IMG/VR virus record: IMGVR_UViG_3300026549_001031
DNA length: 64,000 nt
Direction: 5' to 3' (one strand)
Origin: a virus
Taxonomy: Duplodnaviria; Heunggongvirae; Uroviricota; Caudoviricetes
Shown: in pieces, positions 36,111 to 46,897 of the stretch
Numbering within the stretch: the stretch's first letter is position 1
How the letters are laid out: each line of letters begins with the position of its first letter
Made by a program: the position numbers and the translations under genes
Notes under the pieces: generated by a model
Told to the model about the DNA's origin: nothing
Seen by the model: only the letters and a program-made list of their open reading frames with translations
Database searches by the model: none

Positions 36111-36689
36111 ATGGCATTAATTCCATATGTAGTGGAGCAGACTTCGCAGGGGGAGAGATCATACGATATTTACAGTAGACTTCTCAAGGACAGAATCATT
36201 TTTCTTACAGGAGAGGTTACAGACGACCTTGCAAACAGCGTTTGTGCACAGCTGTTAATGTTAGATGCTCAGGATGATACAAAAGACATTAAGTTATACA
36301 TCAACTCACCTGGTGGAAGTGTAACAGCAGGTATGGCAATCTATGATACAATGCATTTGGTTAAGGCAGACGTAAGTACAGTTTGTCTAGGACTTGCAGC
36401 GAGTATGGGAGCATTTCTTCTTGCAGGCGGTGCAAAGGGTAAGAGATATGCATTACCCAATTCAGAGATCATGATTCACCAGCCCTCAGGTGGAGCAAAA
36501 GGACAGGCAACAGAAATTGAGATTGTTGCTGAAAACATCTTAAAGACAAAGAAAAAATTGAATGAGATGATTGCAGAGAACACAGGTAAGCCATATGAGC
36601 AGGTTTGTAAGGATACCGAGCGTGACAACTACATGGATGCACATGAGGCTAAAGAGTATGGACTTGTTGATTATGTGCTGTACAACTAA
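36111..36689 (+). CDS. clpP: Clp protease proteolytic subunit ClpP
   Basis: [37 protein letters not shown]. Confidence 0.97.
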   Translation: MALIPYVVEQTSQGERSYDIYSRLLKDRIIFLTGEVTDDLANSVCAQLLMLDAQDDTKDIKLYINSPGGSVTAGMAIYDTMHLVKADVSTVCLGLAASMGAFLLAGGAKGKRYALPNSEIMIHQPSGGAKGQATEIEIVAENILKTKKKLNEMIAENTGKPYEQVCKDTERDNYMDAHEAKEYGLVDYVLYN

Positions 36690-36798
36690 AAAGAAACCAC
36701 AGGCAGGGCAGTGTTTATTCACTGCCCTTTTATTTTACAGTAAAATTATATTATTAAAATAATTTATTTTTAATTTTAAGAAAGGAATACGTGGACAA

Positions 36799-37161
36799 AT
36801 GATTAAGAACATTTTATTAGCAGATGATGCAGCTTTTATGAGGATGATGCTTAAGAACATCCTTGAGAAAGCAGGTTACACAGTGGTAGGCGAGGCAACT
36901 AATGGCAGAGAGGCGATTGAGAAATATAAGGAGTTACATCCTGACCTTGTGGTTTTAGACATTACAATGCCTGAGGTTGATGGCATTCAGGGATTGAAAG
37001 GAATCATGGATTATGATAATAATGCATTAGCAATAATGTGCAGTGCAATGGGTCAACAGAGCATTGTTATTGAGGCAATACAGTCTGGTGCAAAAGATTT
37101 CATTGTAAAACCTTTTCAGGCAGATAGAATTTTGGAGTGCTTGAACAAACTCAATGTGTAG
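36799..37161 (+). CDS. cheY: CheY-type single-domain response regulator
   Basis: ADDAAFMRMMLK, LDITMP, CSAMGQQ, GAKDFIVKPF, typical of Firmicute CheY. Confidence 0.9.
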   Translation: MIKNILLADDAAFMRMMLKNILEKAGYTVVGEATNGREAIEKYKELHPDLVVLDITMPEVDGIQGLKGIMDYDNNALAIMCSAMGQQSIVIEAIQSGAKDFIVKPFQADRILECLNKLNV

Positions 37162-37261
37162 TTGTAAGGTAATGGGGTGTAGCATAGGGGGTTAAAAAGA
37201 TAGCAGAGAGATACAAAATTTCTAGCATATATTAAAATTGAAGTATGGAGGAAATAAAAGA

Positions 37262-37438
37262 ATGAACATTGAGGAATTATCAGTAAACATTAGTACAAAT
37301 AAGGTTAAGGCAGACTGGGGTATTGGAGTCATTAAGAAAACATTTAGTGATATGGAGAATTTAGGGGCTAGACAGGCTGAAATGATTACAGAAGCATCAG
37401 TAAATGGAATTGGACAGAACATTGATATCATGGTTTAA
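37262..37438 (+). CDS. YjfB-like putative motility protein
   Basis: IGVIKKTFSD...GIGQNIDIMV C-terminus. Confidence 0.6.
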   Translation: MNIEELSVNISTNKVKADWGIGVIKKTFSDMENLGARQAEMITEASVNGIGQNIDIMV

Positions 37439-37500
37439 TTGAAATAGATAAATAAATTGGATAAGTAGGACAGTTAAAATAGCTGATTGGAGCATCTGAT

Positions 37501-37836
37501 ATGGAATACAACAAGTTGGTAAGAGATAAAATACCAGAGATAATAATGGATGAACATGGGGAAAATAGTATTGACATAAAGGAATTAAAAGATAAGCGTG
37601 ACATATTGGTTTATTCACTTAACAAGTTAATCGAAGAGGCATATGAATTAAAGGATGCAGTAATGAACGATGCATCTGATAGTTTAGAAGAACTTGCAGA
37701 TGTGATATGTGCACTTAAGAAAGTACAGAAAGAACTTGGATATACAGATGAAAATGTTGGGGCAGCATGTAAAATTAAGACAGCTAACAAGGGTGGATTT
37801 GAGAATAACTTTGTATTAAAAGAAGTTAGGACATAG
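37501..37836 (+). CDS. MazG-like nucleotide pyrophosphohydrolase
   Basis: YNKLVRDKIPEII, KLIEEAYE, EELADV, KGGF. Confidence 0.85.
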   Translation: MEYNKLVRDKIPEIIMDEHGENSIDIKELKDKRDILVYSLNKLIEEAYELKDAVMNDASDSLEELADVICALKKVQKELGYTDENVGAACKIKTANKGGFENNFVLKEVRT

Positions 37837-37853
37837 GGGAGAGAAAAACAGGC

Positions 37854-38450
37854 ATGAGATTATATAATGTAAACTTTGATACAAATGATAAGACAGTGAT
37901 GTTAAGACCTAGGATACCTGAATCAGCTGGTGAGGGAGAAAATAAGACAATAGCAAGAATATGTTTAGCAGACTCAATTGAGCATTGTATGCAAGCAATA
38001 GCAGTAGGAAATAGGGATATACGCGTAGGAGCAGAATTTGTTGTGCATATGGTTGATACATCAAGTTTGCAGGTAGGCAGTCTAATTACACCTGAAAGGC
38101 TTGTGCAAAGAGGTTTAGTACCTGACGCTTTAGAGAATAATGAGTATTGGTACTTGTCACCTGTATTATCTAACAGGGGTGTGTTCAGGATAGAAAACTT
38201 TGATGCAGAGATATGTTTAGCTTGGACTTGTATAGAAATTGAAGATTGCAGGAGAATTGTAAGTAAATACTTACCTGATTTTCATGTTAACAGATATAGA
38301 AATTCACGTAACTTATATGAGGCAGCAATGGCAGTTTGTAATGAAAAACACCTATGGGATATAGAGGATGCAATATGGGATGAATTAGCAGAATTACCTT
38401 GGGCACAGAAAAGAGAGCTAAAGCATGTAGTAGCAAAGAAGTTACTCTAG
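37854..38450 (+). CDS. hypothetical phage protein
   Basis: PRIP...GENKTIARICLADSI...DA..NEYW. Confidence 0.7.
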   Translation: MRLYNVNFDTNDKTVMLRPRIPESAGEGENKTIARICLADSIEHCMQAIAVGNRDIRVGAEFVVHMVDTSSLQVGSLITPERLVQRGLVPDALENNEYWYLSPVLSNRGVFRIENFDAEICLAWTCIEIEDCRRIVSKYLPDFHVNRYRNSRNLYEAAMAVCNEKHLWDIEDAIWDELAELPWAQKRELKHVVAKKLL

Positions 38451-38466
38451 TGAGGAGGAAGCAAGC

Positions 38467-39201
38467 ATGAAAAATAGAAGAATTAACAGAGGCAAGTATG
38501 ATGAATTACTTAGAAAATTGGAAATAATCCATGATGGTAATAAAGTTATAGCAGTTAAAAAGAATAAGAGATTATCACAAGACATGATAGACATATATGT
38601 AGTATTAGAGACAGTAATGATAGAACAGGTATTGTCAGATGGAGGCATTTCACAAGAAGATGCAGAATATCTAAAACAAACATTGAATGATAGAAGGGTC
38701 ATGCACAGTATGTTGGCAGATGGTTGGAAGAGTGAGTACACAGAATATTATAACAGGGCACTTGGTGCCTATTTTGGACATGATACAGGATGGAATAGGC
38801 AAAACAGTCTAACAATGTTTAGTAACACTAAGCCTGTGTCTTCAAGTCTTACATCAAGTCATTCTTCTTTAGAAACAGGGAAGTACTCAGCTGCAAACAA
38901 TGAGTTGCATCTGGGCTTAGGATCTTGCTTCTTTACTACAGATAATAAAGAACAAACAACAGAGGATAGTAGTGAGTTCACACAGGAGGAAATTCATGAG
39001 TACTTAGACGCAGAAGCAAAAGCCATTGAGTGTTTATGTAAAGGCATTGAAATTCCTGAGGATTTAAGAGAATTTCTATTAAAAACCATTGATAGAAGAG
39101 ATAGACTTAGAGACTTGATGATGTCAGGTCAAATTAAATTAGATACAAAGGATGAAGAGGTAGACACAGAGAAATTGTTTGATGACATATTTAATGCATA
39201 G
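38467..39201 (+). CDS. hypothetical protein with two copies of a ~50-aa repeat domain
   Basis: Domain shared with 39237 and 40213. Confidence 0.7.
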   Translation: MKNRRINRGKYDELLRKLEIIHDGNKVIAVKKNKRLSQDMIDIYVVLETVMIEQVLSDGGISQEDAEYLKQTLNDRRVMHSMLADGWKSEYTEYYNRALGAYFGHDTGWNRQNSLTMFSNTKPVSSSLTSSHSSLETGKYSAANNELHLGLGSCFFTTDNKEQTTEDSSEFTQEEIHEYLDAEAKAIECLCKGIEIPEDLREFLLKTIDRRDRLRDLMMSGQIKLDTKDEEVDTEKLFDDIFNA

Positions 39202-39236
39202 GTTTATTAGTGAGAATATAAAGGAGGAACAATACT

Positions 39237-39674
39237 ATGAGAAAGACAGCATGGGGATTTGGTAATGAGTCATTCAAATCTACAATAGTAAAGAGACCAG
39301 ATAAGGAAGAGCAGGAAAGATTATATCAGCGTGATAAAGAAAGATGGACACTTGAGGATTTAGGAGTGCTACCTAAGATTTTTGATTATATGTATGGAGG
39401 GAGTGATACAGTAATGGAAAACAACGACACTTCAAATATTTATAACTTAGCACCTAATGATGTGCACAAATATGTGTTAGCAGAAATAAAAGCACTTGAG
39501 TACACAGCTAGGCATGAAGAAATACCTGCTGATGTAGTAAATTACTTAAAAAGTACATTATCAGAAAGAGAACAAATGCATAATCAAATAGATGCAGGTA
39601 CACTTAAGTTAACAGAGGAGGACAATAGAGCATTTGATGAAGCTATGGAGAAATATAAGAAACGCTATAAATAA
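39237..39674 (+). CDS. hypothetical protein with the ~50-aa repeat domain
   Basis: YVLAEIKA...IPADVVNYLKSTLSER. Confidence 0.7.
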   Translation: MRKTAWGFGNESFKSTIVKRPDKEEQERLYQRDKERWTLEDLGVLPKIFDYMYGGSDTVMENNDTSNIYNLAPNDVHKYVLAEIKALEYTARHEEIPADVVNYLKSTLSEREQMHNQIDAGTLKLTEEDNRAFDEAMEKYKKRYK

Positions 39675-40209
39675 GAGGAAGGACATACCATATTTTTATA
39701 ACAATACAGTCGCAAATAGGGCAATAAATAAGGCAGCAAATAAAATACCTCTTGGAACTGGGTATGAAAGCATGGTATTATTAGATAATAGCACACTAGA
39801 GATATATGGACCTTGTTCAAATGGAAAGTCAGATGTAGTTACATTTTCAGATGAGATGAAGTCATTAATAACAAAAAAGAATACTGGTAAGTATTATACT
39901 GTTATACATAATCACCCTAAAGGTGGGGCATTTTCATTGCAAGATATCATAGTATTCATAAGTTATAAAGCACTAAGTTTGAGTATTGTAATAGAGGAAG
40001 ATTACAGGCATGGAGAAATCAGATACTATGCATTATTAAAAAGAGATGTGAATCCAGATTTTGTTGATAATTTCATAGAAAAAGTATTAGATGTATGTAG
40101 GACTGATAGTAAAATGAGACACAAATCTTACAGATTTTTGCTTGAGGAGTTCAATGTTACATTTGAAGAGTTGGGGTTAGCTGCACAAGAGTTTATAAGG
40201 GAGGTATAG
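39634..40209 (+). CDS. JAB/MPN-like metalloenzyme domain protein
   Basis: Upstream Glu (YESMV) and HNHPKGGAFSLQD (HxHP...SxxD); start uncertain. Confidence 0.65.
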   Translation: MMKLWRNIRNAINKRKDIPYFYNNTVANRAINKAANKIPLGTGYESMVLLDNSTLEIYGPCSNGKSDVVTFSDEMKSLITKKNTGKYYTVIHNHPKGGAFSLQDIIVFISYKALSLSIVIEEDYRHGEIRYYALLKRDVNPDFVDNFIEKVLDVCRTDSKMRHKSYRFLLEEFNVTFEELGLAAQEFIREV

Positions 40210-40212
40210 AGT

Positions 40213-40686
40213 ATGAGTATTACAAAATTAAACACAATCATGGATGAAATGAAGAGACTTGGTATAGGAGGATGTAATGCATATGAATCAGGCTCAGGAG
40301 TTAAGACACATAGACCTGATGATGATACAATAGCAAAATATGTTGATGCAGAGGCTACTGCTTGTATCTACATTGAGAGAGGAGAGGCAATACCTACTAA
40401 AACAGAGCAATACTTATTGGAAACATTGTCAGACAGAGCAGATTGGCATAGAGGCATGATTAGTGGATTTGCAGACCCTGTTAAGAAAAGCAAAGACAGT
40501 GAGTTTTGTTTGTATGGCATTTTTGATGAGGATAAGGGCAGATTGGTATCTAACCTTACAAATCCTAGACATAAGTATTGGGATAATAAGAAGAGTGCAG
40601 ATAGTACATTATCGAGAGCACTAATGAGGGATAAAGACAGAAAATTAAAAGTGGTAACCATTAGGTGCAAAATAGAGGATGAATAA
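40213..40686 (+). CDS. hypothetical protein with the ~50-aa repeat domain
   Basis: YVDAEATA...IPTKTEQYLLETLSDR. Confidence 0.7.
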   Translation: MSITKLNTIMDEMKRLGIGGCNAYESGSGVKTHRPDDDTIAKYVDAEATACIYIERGEAIPTKTEQYLLETLSDRADWHRGMISGFADPVKKSKDSEFCLYGIFDEDKGRLVSNLTNPRHKYWDNKKSADSTLSRALMRDKDRKLKVVTIRCKIEDE

Positions 40687-40690
40687 ATTA

Positions 40691-40719
40691 TTGACAGAAT
40701 AAAATTTTTCTGTTATAAT
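40691..40719 (+). promoter_or_regulatory. sigma-A promoter
   Basis: TTGACA-17-TATAAT. Confidence 0.8.
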
Positions 40720-40749
40720 GTAATTAAAAAGGAAGGAAAGTCAAAATCA

Positions 40750-41382
40750 ATGGGAACTGATGCAGTAGTTGTTTTAGGTGGTTCATTTAATCCTTGTACA
40801 CTAGCTCATAGGGTTATATTAGAGAGGGCTATGGATGCAGTTGGTGCAGACTTAGGGATTATAGTTCCATCATCTGATAATTATGTTAAGCATAAAATGA
40901 GTAAGAAAGACACTTGCAATATGGTTTATACTCAGGATGAAAGATATACAATGCTTGAATTATTGATTTCAGACAGTAGTAAAAATATAGTGATAGACAC
41001 TATAGAGTATGGGGATGATGGTAAGGGTCATACATACAGAACATTAAGTGCATTGGATAAAAAGTATAAAGCATCTAAAATGTATTTCATACTTGGTACA
41101 GATAATCTTGCATGGATGTGTAAGTGGAGAGACAGTGAGAAATTGTTTAGTACCTTTTACTTTGTAGTAACTGCACGTAATGGAGAACAGCCTTTGCAGG
41201 TGGTTGAAGAGAATGAGACCTTAAGCAAATATAAAGATCATTTTGTGTTTGTGGAGCAGCCTGTTGAAATTGATGGAATCAGTTCAACCTTGGTAAGAGA
41301 AAGAGTTGAGAGTCATCAGGGAGACATAGATGAACTCTTAGGAGATAAAGTCACAGAGTATATTAAAGGCTTGAACAGATAA
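40750..41382 (+). CDS. nadD: nicotinate/nicotinamide-nucleotide adenylyltransferase
   Basis: GGSFNPCTLAH, TYRTL, FILGTDNL..W, ISSTLVR. Confidence 0.88.
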   Translation: MGTDAVVVLGGSFNPCTLAHRVILERAMDAVGADLGIIVPSSDNYVKHKMSKKDTCNMVYTQDERYTMLELLISDSSKNIVIDTIEYGDDGKGHTYRTLSALDKKYKASKMYFILGTDNLAWMCKWRDSEKLFSTFYFVVTARNGEQPLQVVEENETLSKYKDHFVFVEQPVEIDGISSTLVRERVESHQGDIDELLGDKVTEYIKGLNR

Positions 41383-41402
41383 AGTTTAGGAGGACAGCTA
41401 AA

Positions 41403-42719
41403 ATGAGTTATGTATCTTGGAGATTATTTGATGAAGTCATTATTGTAGTAAATTCTTTTGGTCAGGGATATGTTGTAGACCCTGCTAATAAAAAGCAGCT
41501 TGAGACAGCAATGAGATGGGCAGAGAAAAGTTCAGACAAGGCACCTGAAGTAATCAGGACAGCAAATAAAGACTTTGAGTTGTCATTGTATGATTGCGCA
41601 GGACACAGCAGTTGTGGTGGAAAGCTTTCCTTTTGGAATTGTAAGATTGAAAAAGATGGGAAGTCTTACATTATTGGAATAAATACAGACTCACTGTTAA
41701 GTTTAATGAAGCATAGTACATTTGTGAATGGCAAGTGTCAGAGTAAGTTGTTCTTTGCTAAACAGGCAGGTAACACTTGTTTAATTCATGCTGGCATGAA
41801 GGAATATGATGAGGCAGTGAAGAGCATAAAGCTTAAGAAAGACCTAAGCACTAAGAAAACAAAGAACTGGCAGGTAGGAAAAAACTATGTCACTGCAACT
41901 TGTAATGACCTCTATCTTGGAGAGGTTTATGTACCTATATTTACAAGAGAATCATCTACAAGTTACTACAATTCTGATATATTTGATAGCTTACCTGAAG
42001 AAGTTAAAGACTATTTGTTTGAGTGTAAGGATCACAGGTTAAAACAGTATAGCAACAGATATGCACACATACTTAAGATTTCTGTAGATAAGACATATAA
42101 AAGAAAGATTAAGGCAATGAGTTATGATATACCTGACTTTGTAAAAGCTACAGGTGTTGAGAATGAGAAAGAATTAACATGGGATAAATTGTTTAGAGTA
42201 CTTAAGAAAAGCATGAAAGACATTCGCAAGGATTTTGTTAAATTCAAAAAAGAAGAAGAGAGCAAGTGTTTCAACTGGGATTTTGTTACTGAAGCATGCT
42301 ATCATAACAATGTGTTTGTTGATTACTGCATGGCAAAAGATGATGACTCACAGAAAATGCCTGCTAGACAACAGGGACAGATTGACCTTGGCGTAGGTGA
42401 TAATTACAATGAGCAGGTACAGGAATTGTTAGACCTTTCAAAAGAAGTGTACTTACAGTTAATTACAAAAGATGGTATAGATTGTGGTGCAACATTGAGA
42501 AACATTAGTAACTTAGTGAGAAGCACTAATGGAGAAATTACAGACCTTGACATTGAGATTGTGAAAGCAGTGTTTGAGAACATCGACAAGCAGGTTAAGG
42601 ACTTACTCAAAACTAAGAATCAGAAGTCTCTGTTCATAATTGAACATGATGATGAGGAAGAGTACATTTATGATACAGAAGAGGCACGTGACCATCTGAT
42701 TGAGTTACTAAGAAAATAA
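41403..42719 (+). CDS. hypothetical phage protein
   Basis: Long ORF with AGGAGG RBS. Confidence 0.75.
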   Translation: MSYVSWRLFDEVIIVVNSFGQGYVVDPANKKQLETAMRWAEKSSDKAPEVIRTANKDFELSLYDCAGHSSCGGKLSFWNCKIEKDGKSYIIGINTDSLLSLMKHSTFVNGKCQSKLFFAKQAGNTCLIHAGMKEYDEAVKSIKLKKDLSTKKTKNWQVGKNYVTATCNDLYLGEVYVPIFTRESSTSYYNSDIFDSLPEEVKDYLFECKDHRLKQYSNRYAHILKISVDKTYKRKIKAMSYDIPDFVKATGVENEKELTWDKLFRVLKKSMKDIRKDFVKFKKEEESKCFNWDFVTEACYHNNVFVDYCMAKDDDSQKMPARQQGQIDLGVGDNYNEQVQELLDLSKEVYLQLITKDGIDCGATLRNISNLVRSTNGEITDLDIEIVKAVFENIDKQVKDLLKTKNQKSLFIIEHDDEEEYIYDTEEARDHLIELLRK

Positions 42720-42802
42720 AAGCAACAAGGCAGGTATAAAAACACTAGGCATTAAGACTAGTGTTTTTGTACATAGAAAGAAGGGTATCCTTAAGTAGAA
42801 GT

Positions 42803-44344
42803 ATGAAGCATAAAGTAGTAATTGATGCATTTACTGGTGATGAGTTAAAACAGTATATAAATAACCTTGGCATAGCAAAATTAAAAGAAAGAGATTTTGT
42901 GCAGGGCATTATTGAGTATTGTAGTCATCCAGTGAACAGAGTATTGTCAATATCAGGTTTAAGAGGTACAGGTAAAATAACTGGATTGCTTCAGGCGATT
43001 GATAGAATGAACATGTACGATAATTGTGTGTTCATTACAATAAATGAATTAGCAAGCATGGATTGTTTGGATCTTAGACAATTGATTATGGACAATTACA
43101 AAGATAAGAAATACATTTTTATTGATGAAATTACAAGAGTAAAAGACATTATCAATAATTCTGGTTTCTTAGCTGATAGCTTATGTGCCATGGGTAAAAG
43201 AGTAGTGATCAGTGGTACAGACTCACTTGGACTTGTTAAGTCAGAATCAGCAGGGTTGTACCATAGAGTGATCAGTAAAAATGTGACACACATTTCATAT
43301 GCTGAGGCAAAGAGAACAATGGGTCAGACATTGAATGAGTATATGCAACTTGGTGGACTCTACAGGGAGGATATGATAAAAGACATAGATGGACTTAGAA
43401 TGTACATTGAGACGGCAGTAATAGACAATATCTATAATACAATGACAAAGAATAAAGGAACTACTGGACTTCTAGGTTTAGAGAGTATACAAGATAAATC
43501 TAAGCTAAGAACATTGGTTTTCAGAATAGTCTATGCTATTATATATATTAACATTCAAAAGAGTAAGAATACAAGTGTTAAATACATGATAGACTTATTT
43601 GATGTAAAGAGTTCATCAGTATACACAGATAAGGCATTGAATAGTTTAGTTTGTTCACAGATGCTTGTGGATGAAAAAGTAACTGCAACACAAAAAGAGA
43701 TGCAAGCAGTATTAAGTGCTATGGAGGATATGGGTTTATTAGTAAAGGCAGCTAATCTGTTTAATAAGACAGAGGTTAATTATTATATAACAAATCCTTC
43801 TATAGTAAATCAGTTACTTGGTTCAATAGTTACAATACTAGAGAAAACAAACATTGGAAAGGCACCTGGTGCAACTGTAAAAGGTAAAAGAGGCGTGTTA
43901 TTTGAAAGCATAATCGTTGCTCATACAAAGATGGTGGCTGATAAATATGATAATGCACTATATTATTACCATGACACTAATAACAGAGAAGTGGACTTAA
44001 TAATTGAAAGACAGACAATGGATGAGTTCGATGATGTTTATTTATACTACGAGATAAAAATGACAAGAGACCCTAACATAGCAGTTGTTAAGTCTAAATG
44101 GATAAATGATAGTGCAGTGAATAAATTTGCAGAGGCACAGGGAACTGTTGTAGGAAAAGGAATTATTTATGGTGGAGACACTCAAGTGTTTAGTGGCTTT
44201 ACAGATAAGAATATGTTGCCTCCTAAAGGGATGTCATTACAGGATATAGAGAGACAAAACAGTGGGATTGAACTAATTGCAGCTGAAGATTACCTGTTAC
44301 ATACAGAGGATAAGTTACAGTCATTGGAAAGATATGAGGTTTAA
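42803..44344 (+). CDS. AAA_14/DUF4143-type ATPase with C-terminal nuclease-like domain
   Basis: GLRGTGKIT, FIDEIT, SGTDS, GVLFES, REVDLII...YEIK. Confidence 0.8.
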   Translation: MKHKVVIDAFTGDELKQYINNLGIAKLKERDFVQGIIEYCSHPVNRVLSISGLRGTGKITGLLQAIDRMNMYDNCVFITINELASMDCLDLRQLIMDNYKDKKYIFIDEITRVKDIINNSGFLADSLCAMGKRVVISGTDSLGLVKSESAGLYHRVISKNVTHISYAEAKRTMGQTLNEYMQLGGLYREDMIKDIDGLRMYIETAVIDNIYNTMTKNKGTTGLLGLESIQDKSKLRTLVFRIVYAIIYINIQKSKNTSVKYMIDLFDVKSSSVYTDKALNSLVCSQMLVDEKVTATQKEMQAVLSAMEDMGLLVKAANLFNKTEVNYYITNPSIVNQLLGSIVTILEKTNIGKAPGATVKGKRGVLFESIIVAHTKMVADKYDNALYYYHDTNNREVDLIIERQTMDEFDDVYLYYEIKMTRDPNIAVVKSKWINDSAVNKFAEAQGTVVGKGIIYGGDTQVFSGFTDKNMLPPKGMSLQDIERQNSGIELIAAEDYLLHTEDKLQSLERYEV

Positions 44345-44345
44345 T

Positions 44346-44603
44346 ATGGTAGACAGAGAAAAGTTAGCACAGCAATCAAAATTAAGATTTAGACTTTACG
44401 ATTATTATGGAATACCTTATGGTGGTTTTGATACAGATGGAGATGCTGGAGAAGGGCTTTTCTTATCAGAGAAACAGCAGGATAGGGAAAGAGCAATGAC
44501 ACTAATACTAGGTATGCAAGACATACCTAATGAATTAGCAGACAGACTATTAAAATATAAAGAGCAGGATCAGAAAGAGAGGCAAAAGAAGTTTAGCATA
44601 TAA
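44346..44603 (+). CDS. hypothetical protein
   Basis: GAGGT RBS; weak match to the repeat domain (QDIPNELADRLL). Confidence 0.55.
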   Translation: MVDREKLAQQSKLRFRLYDYYGIPYGGFDTDGDAGEGLFLSEKQQDRERAMTLILGMQDIPNELADRLLKYKEQDQKERQKKFSI

Positions 44604-44644
44604 ATATAAAAAAGAAAAAAAATTAAAATTAGGAGGGAAATTGA

Positions 44645-46897
44645 GTGGTACAGGCACGGGCATTAGAAGCAATAAAGAACAGTGATAAAATTGTAGGTTA
44701 CAAGTTGCAGGATGATGAAGGACATGTAATGGATGTTAATTGTTCTGCAATTATTGGAGCATTAAAGAATAATCAAATCAGCATTTCTAATTTAAGAGTG
44801 ACAAGTGATGATAAATTAGAAATGATTGTGAATAATGAGTCAAGCACCTCAAAAGAGACAGGTGATCCTGTCAAAACTGAAAATGAACTTAAAAATGAGA
44901 AAAGTTCTAAAGAAATTCATAAGACAGGCAATGCTGATTTGGATAGGATGCATGAGCTTGTTGATGTGCTGAACAAGGCTAGATTCGCTTATGAGCAGCA
45001 GGATGAAGAAATTATGAGTAATTTTGAATATGATAGACTCTATGATGAATTAAAAGCACTTGAGGAAAAGACAGGTACAGTGTTAGGTAATAGTCCGACA
45101 GCTAATGTAGGTTATGAGGTTGTAAGTGAGTTACCTAAGAAAAAGCACGAGACACCTATGCTGTCATTGGATAAGACAAAAGAGCGTGAAGCATTATTAG
45201 CCTTTCTTAAGGGTAAAGAGGGAGTGCTTTCATGGAAATTGGATGGTTTAACAGTTGTACTCACTTACAATCATGGGGTTCTACAGGAGGCAGTTACAAG
45301 AGGCAATGGCGAAATTGGGGAGATTGTGACAGCTAATGCACGAACTTTTGAGAACTTACCTAAGAAAATTGCTTATGATGGCTTACTTGTAATGAGGGGT
45401 GAGGCAACAATAAGTTATAAGGACTTTGAGGAAATCAATAACTCATTACCTTTTGGAGAAGATCCTTATAAGAATCCGAGAAACCTTTGTAGTGGTAGTG
45501 TTAGACAGCTGGATAGTAGTATAACTGCACAGCGTCATGTTAAATGGACATGTTTCAACATTGAACAGTGTGAAAGAGAGATCCCTAATCAGGTGGATCA
45601 GCAGTTGGCACTTGTTAAGTTCCTTGGATTTGATGTAGTTGGACATGTGGTAGTAAATCCAAGTAATTTACTTGCAAACATTGATAAATTTGATGAGGCT
45701 ATCAAAAATGGAGAAATGACAATTCCGAGTGATGGTTTAGTTTTAACATATAGAGATAGGGCATATGGAAATAGTTTAGGACGAACAACTAAATTTCCGA
45801 GACACAGTTTGGCTTTTAAGTGGCAGGACGAGGAAGAGGAAACAACATTACAGGATATTGAGTGGTCAGTAGGAAAAAGTGGTGTGATTACACCTGTTGC
45901 AATATTCAAACCTGTAGATATTGAGGGAAGTACAGTAAGCAGAGCAAGCTTACATAATGTAAGTATTTTCCTTGACATGGAACTTGGTTTTGGGGACACA
46001 TTAAAAGTTTACAAGGCTAACATGATTATACCTCAGATCAGTGAGAATTTAACAAGAAGCAGTACTTGTTATATACCGGAGACATGTCCTTGTTGTGGAT
46101 ACCCTACAGAAGTACATGAGGATCCTAAGAGTGGGGTTTATACACTATGGTGTATGAATGATGAGTGTGAAGCAAAGGGCAATAGGGTTTTGAAACACTT
46201 CGTTAGCAGAGATGCAATGAATATTGATGGTATCAGTGGTGCAAAACTTGAGGCATTAAGTAATGCAGGAATAATTAGTGACTTTGCTTCAGTGTTTAAG
46301 ATTGCAGAGCATAGAGATGAAATCATTAACATGGAAGGGTTTGGAGTTAAGTCATATGAGAATATGGTTAATGCAGTAGACAAAGCAAGACATGTCAAGG
46401 TTGCTAATTTAATTTATGCATTGGGAATTCCTAATATTGGCTTGGCAACAGCAAAACTGATCTGTAAGCATTTTAACAATGACATTGAGAAAATAGCAAG
46501 TGCATCATATGAGGAATTACTTGACATTGATCAGATTGGTGCAGTCATTGCTGATAGTTTTACTAGCTACTTCGATGATGAGGAGAAATTTGATGAATTT
46601 GTTGAACTGCTTAAGCAGTTAAGGATTGTGCAGGAGAAAGTAAGTACAGATATGTCAATGAGTGGAGTTACAATCTGTGTTACTGGAGATGTTTACATTT
46701 TCCCTAATAGAAGGGCTATCAAGGATTTAGTTGAGAGTCTTGGTGGTAAGTTAACAGGCAGTGTGTCAAGGAGTACGAGTTACTTGGTAACAAATGATAC
46801 AACATCGGGAAGTAGAAAAAACAAGGCAGCTCAGGAGTATGGCATACCTATTTTAACAGAGCAGCAGTTCATTGATAAGTTCAACTTAACAGTTTAG
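44645..46897 (+). CDS. ligA: NAD-dependent DNA ligase with an extra N-terminal module
   Basis: SWKLDG, TRGNG, NPRN, DGLV, AFKW, RASLHN, CPCC zinc finger, C-terminal BRCT. Confidence 0.95.
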   Translation: MVQARALEAIKNSDKIVGYKLQDDEGHVMDVNCSAIIGALKNNQISISNLRVTSDDKLEMIVNNESSTSKETGDPVKTENELKNEKSSKEIHKTGNADLDRMHELVDVLNKARFAYEQQDEEIMSNFEYDRLYDELKALEEKTGTVLGNSPTANVGYEVVSELPKKKHETPMLSLDKTKEREALLAFLKGKEGVLSWKLDGLTVVLTYNHGVLQEAVTRGNGEIGEIVTANARTFENLPKKIAYDGLLVMRGEATISYKDFEEINNSLPFGEDPYKNPRNLCSGSVRQLDSSITAQRHVKWTCFNIEQCEREIPNQVDQQLALVKFLGFDVVGHVVVNPSNLLANIDKFDEAIKNGEMTIPSDGLVLTYRDRAYGNSLGRTTKFPRHSLAFKWQDEEEETTLQDIEWSVGKSGVITPVAIFKPVDIEGSTVSRASLHNVSIFLDMELGFGDTLKVYKANMIIPQISENLTRSSTCYIPETCPCCGYPTEVHEDPKSGVYTLWCMNDECEAKGNRVLKHFVSRDAMNIDGISGAKLEALSNAGIISDFASVFKIAEHRDEIINMEGFGVKSYENMVNAVDKARHVKVANLIYALGIPNIGLATAKLICKHFNNDIEKIASASYEELLDIDQIGAVIADSFTSYFDDEEKFDEFVELLKQLRIVQEKVSTDMSMSGVTICVTGDVYIFPNRRAIKDLVESLGGKLTGSVSRSTSYLVTNDTTSGSRKNKAAQEYGIPILTEQQFIDKFNLTV

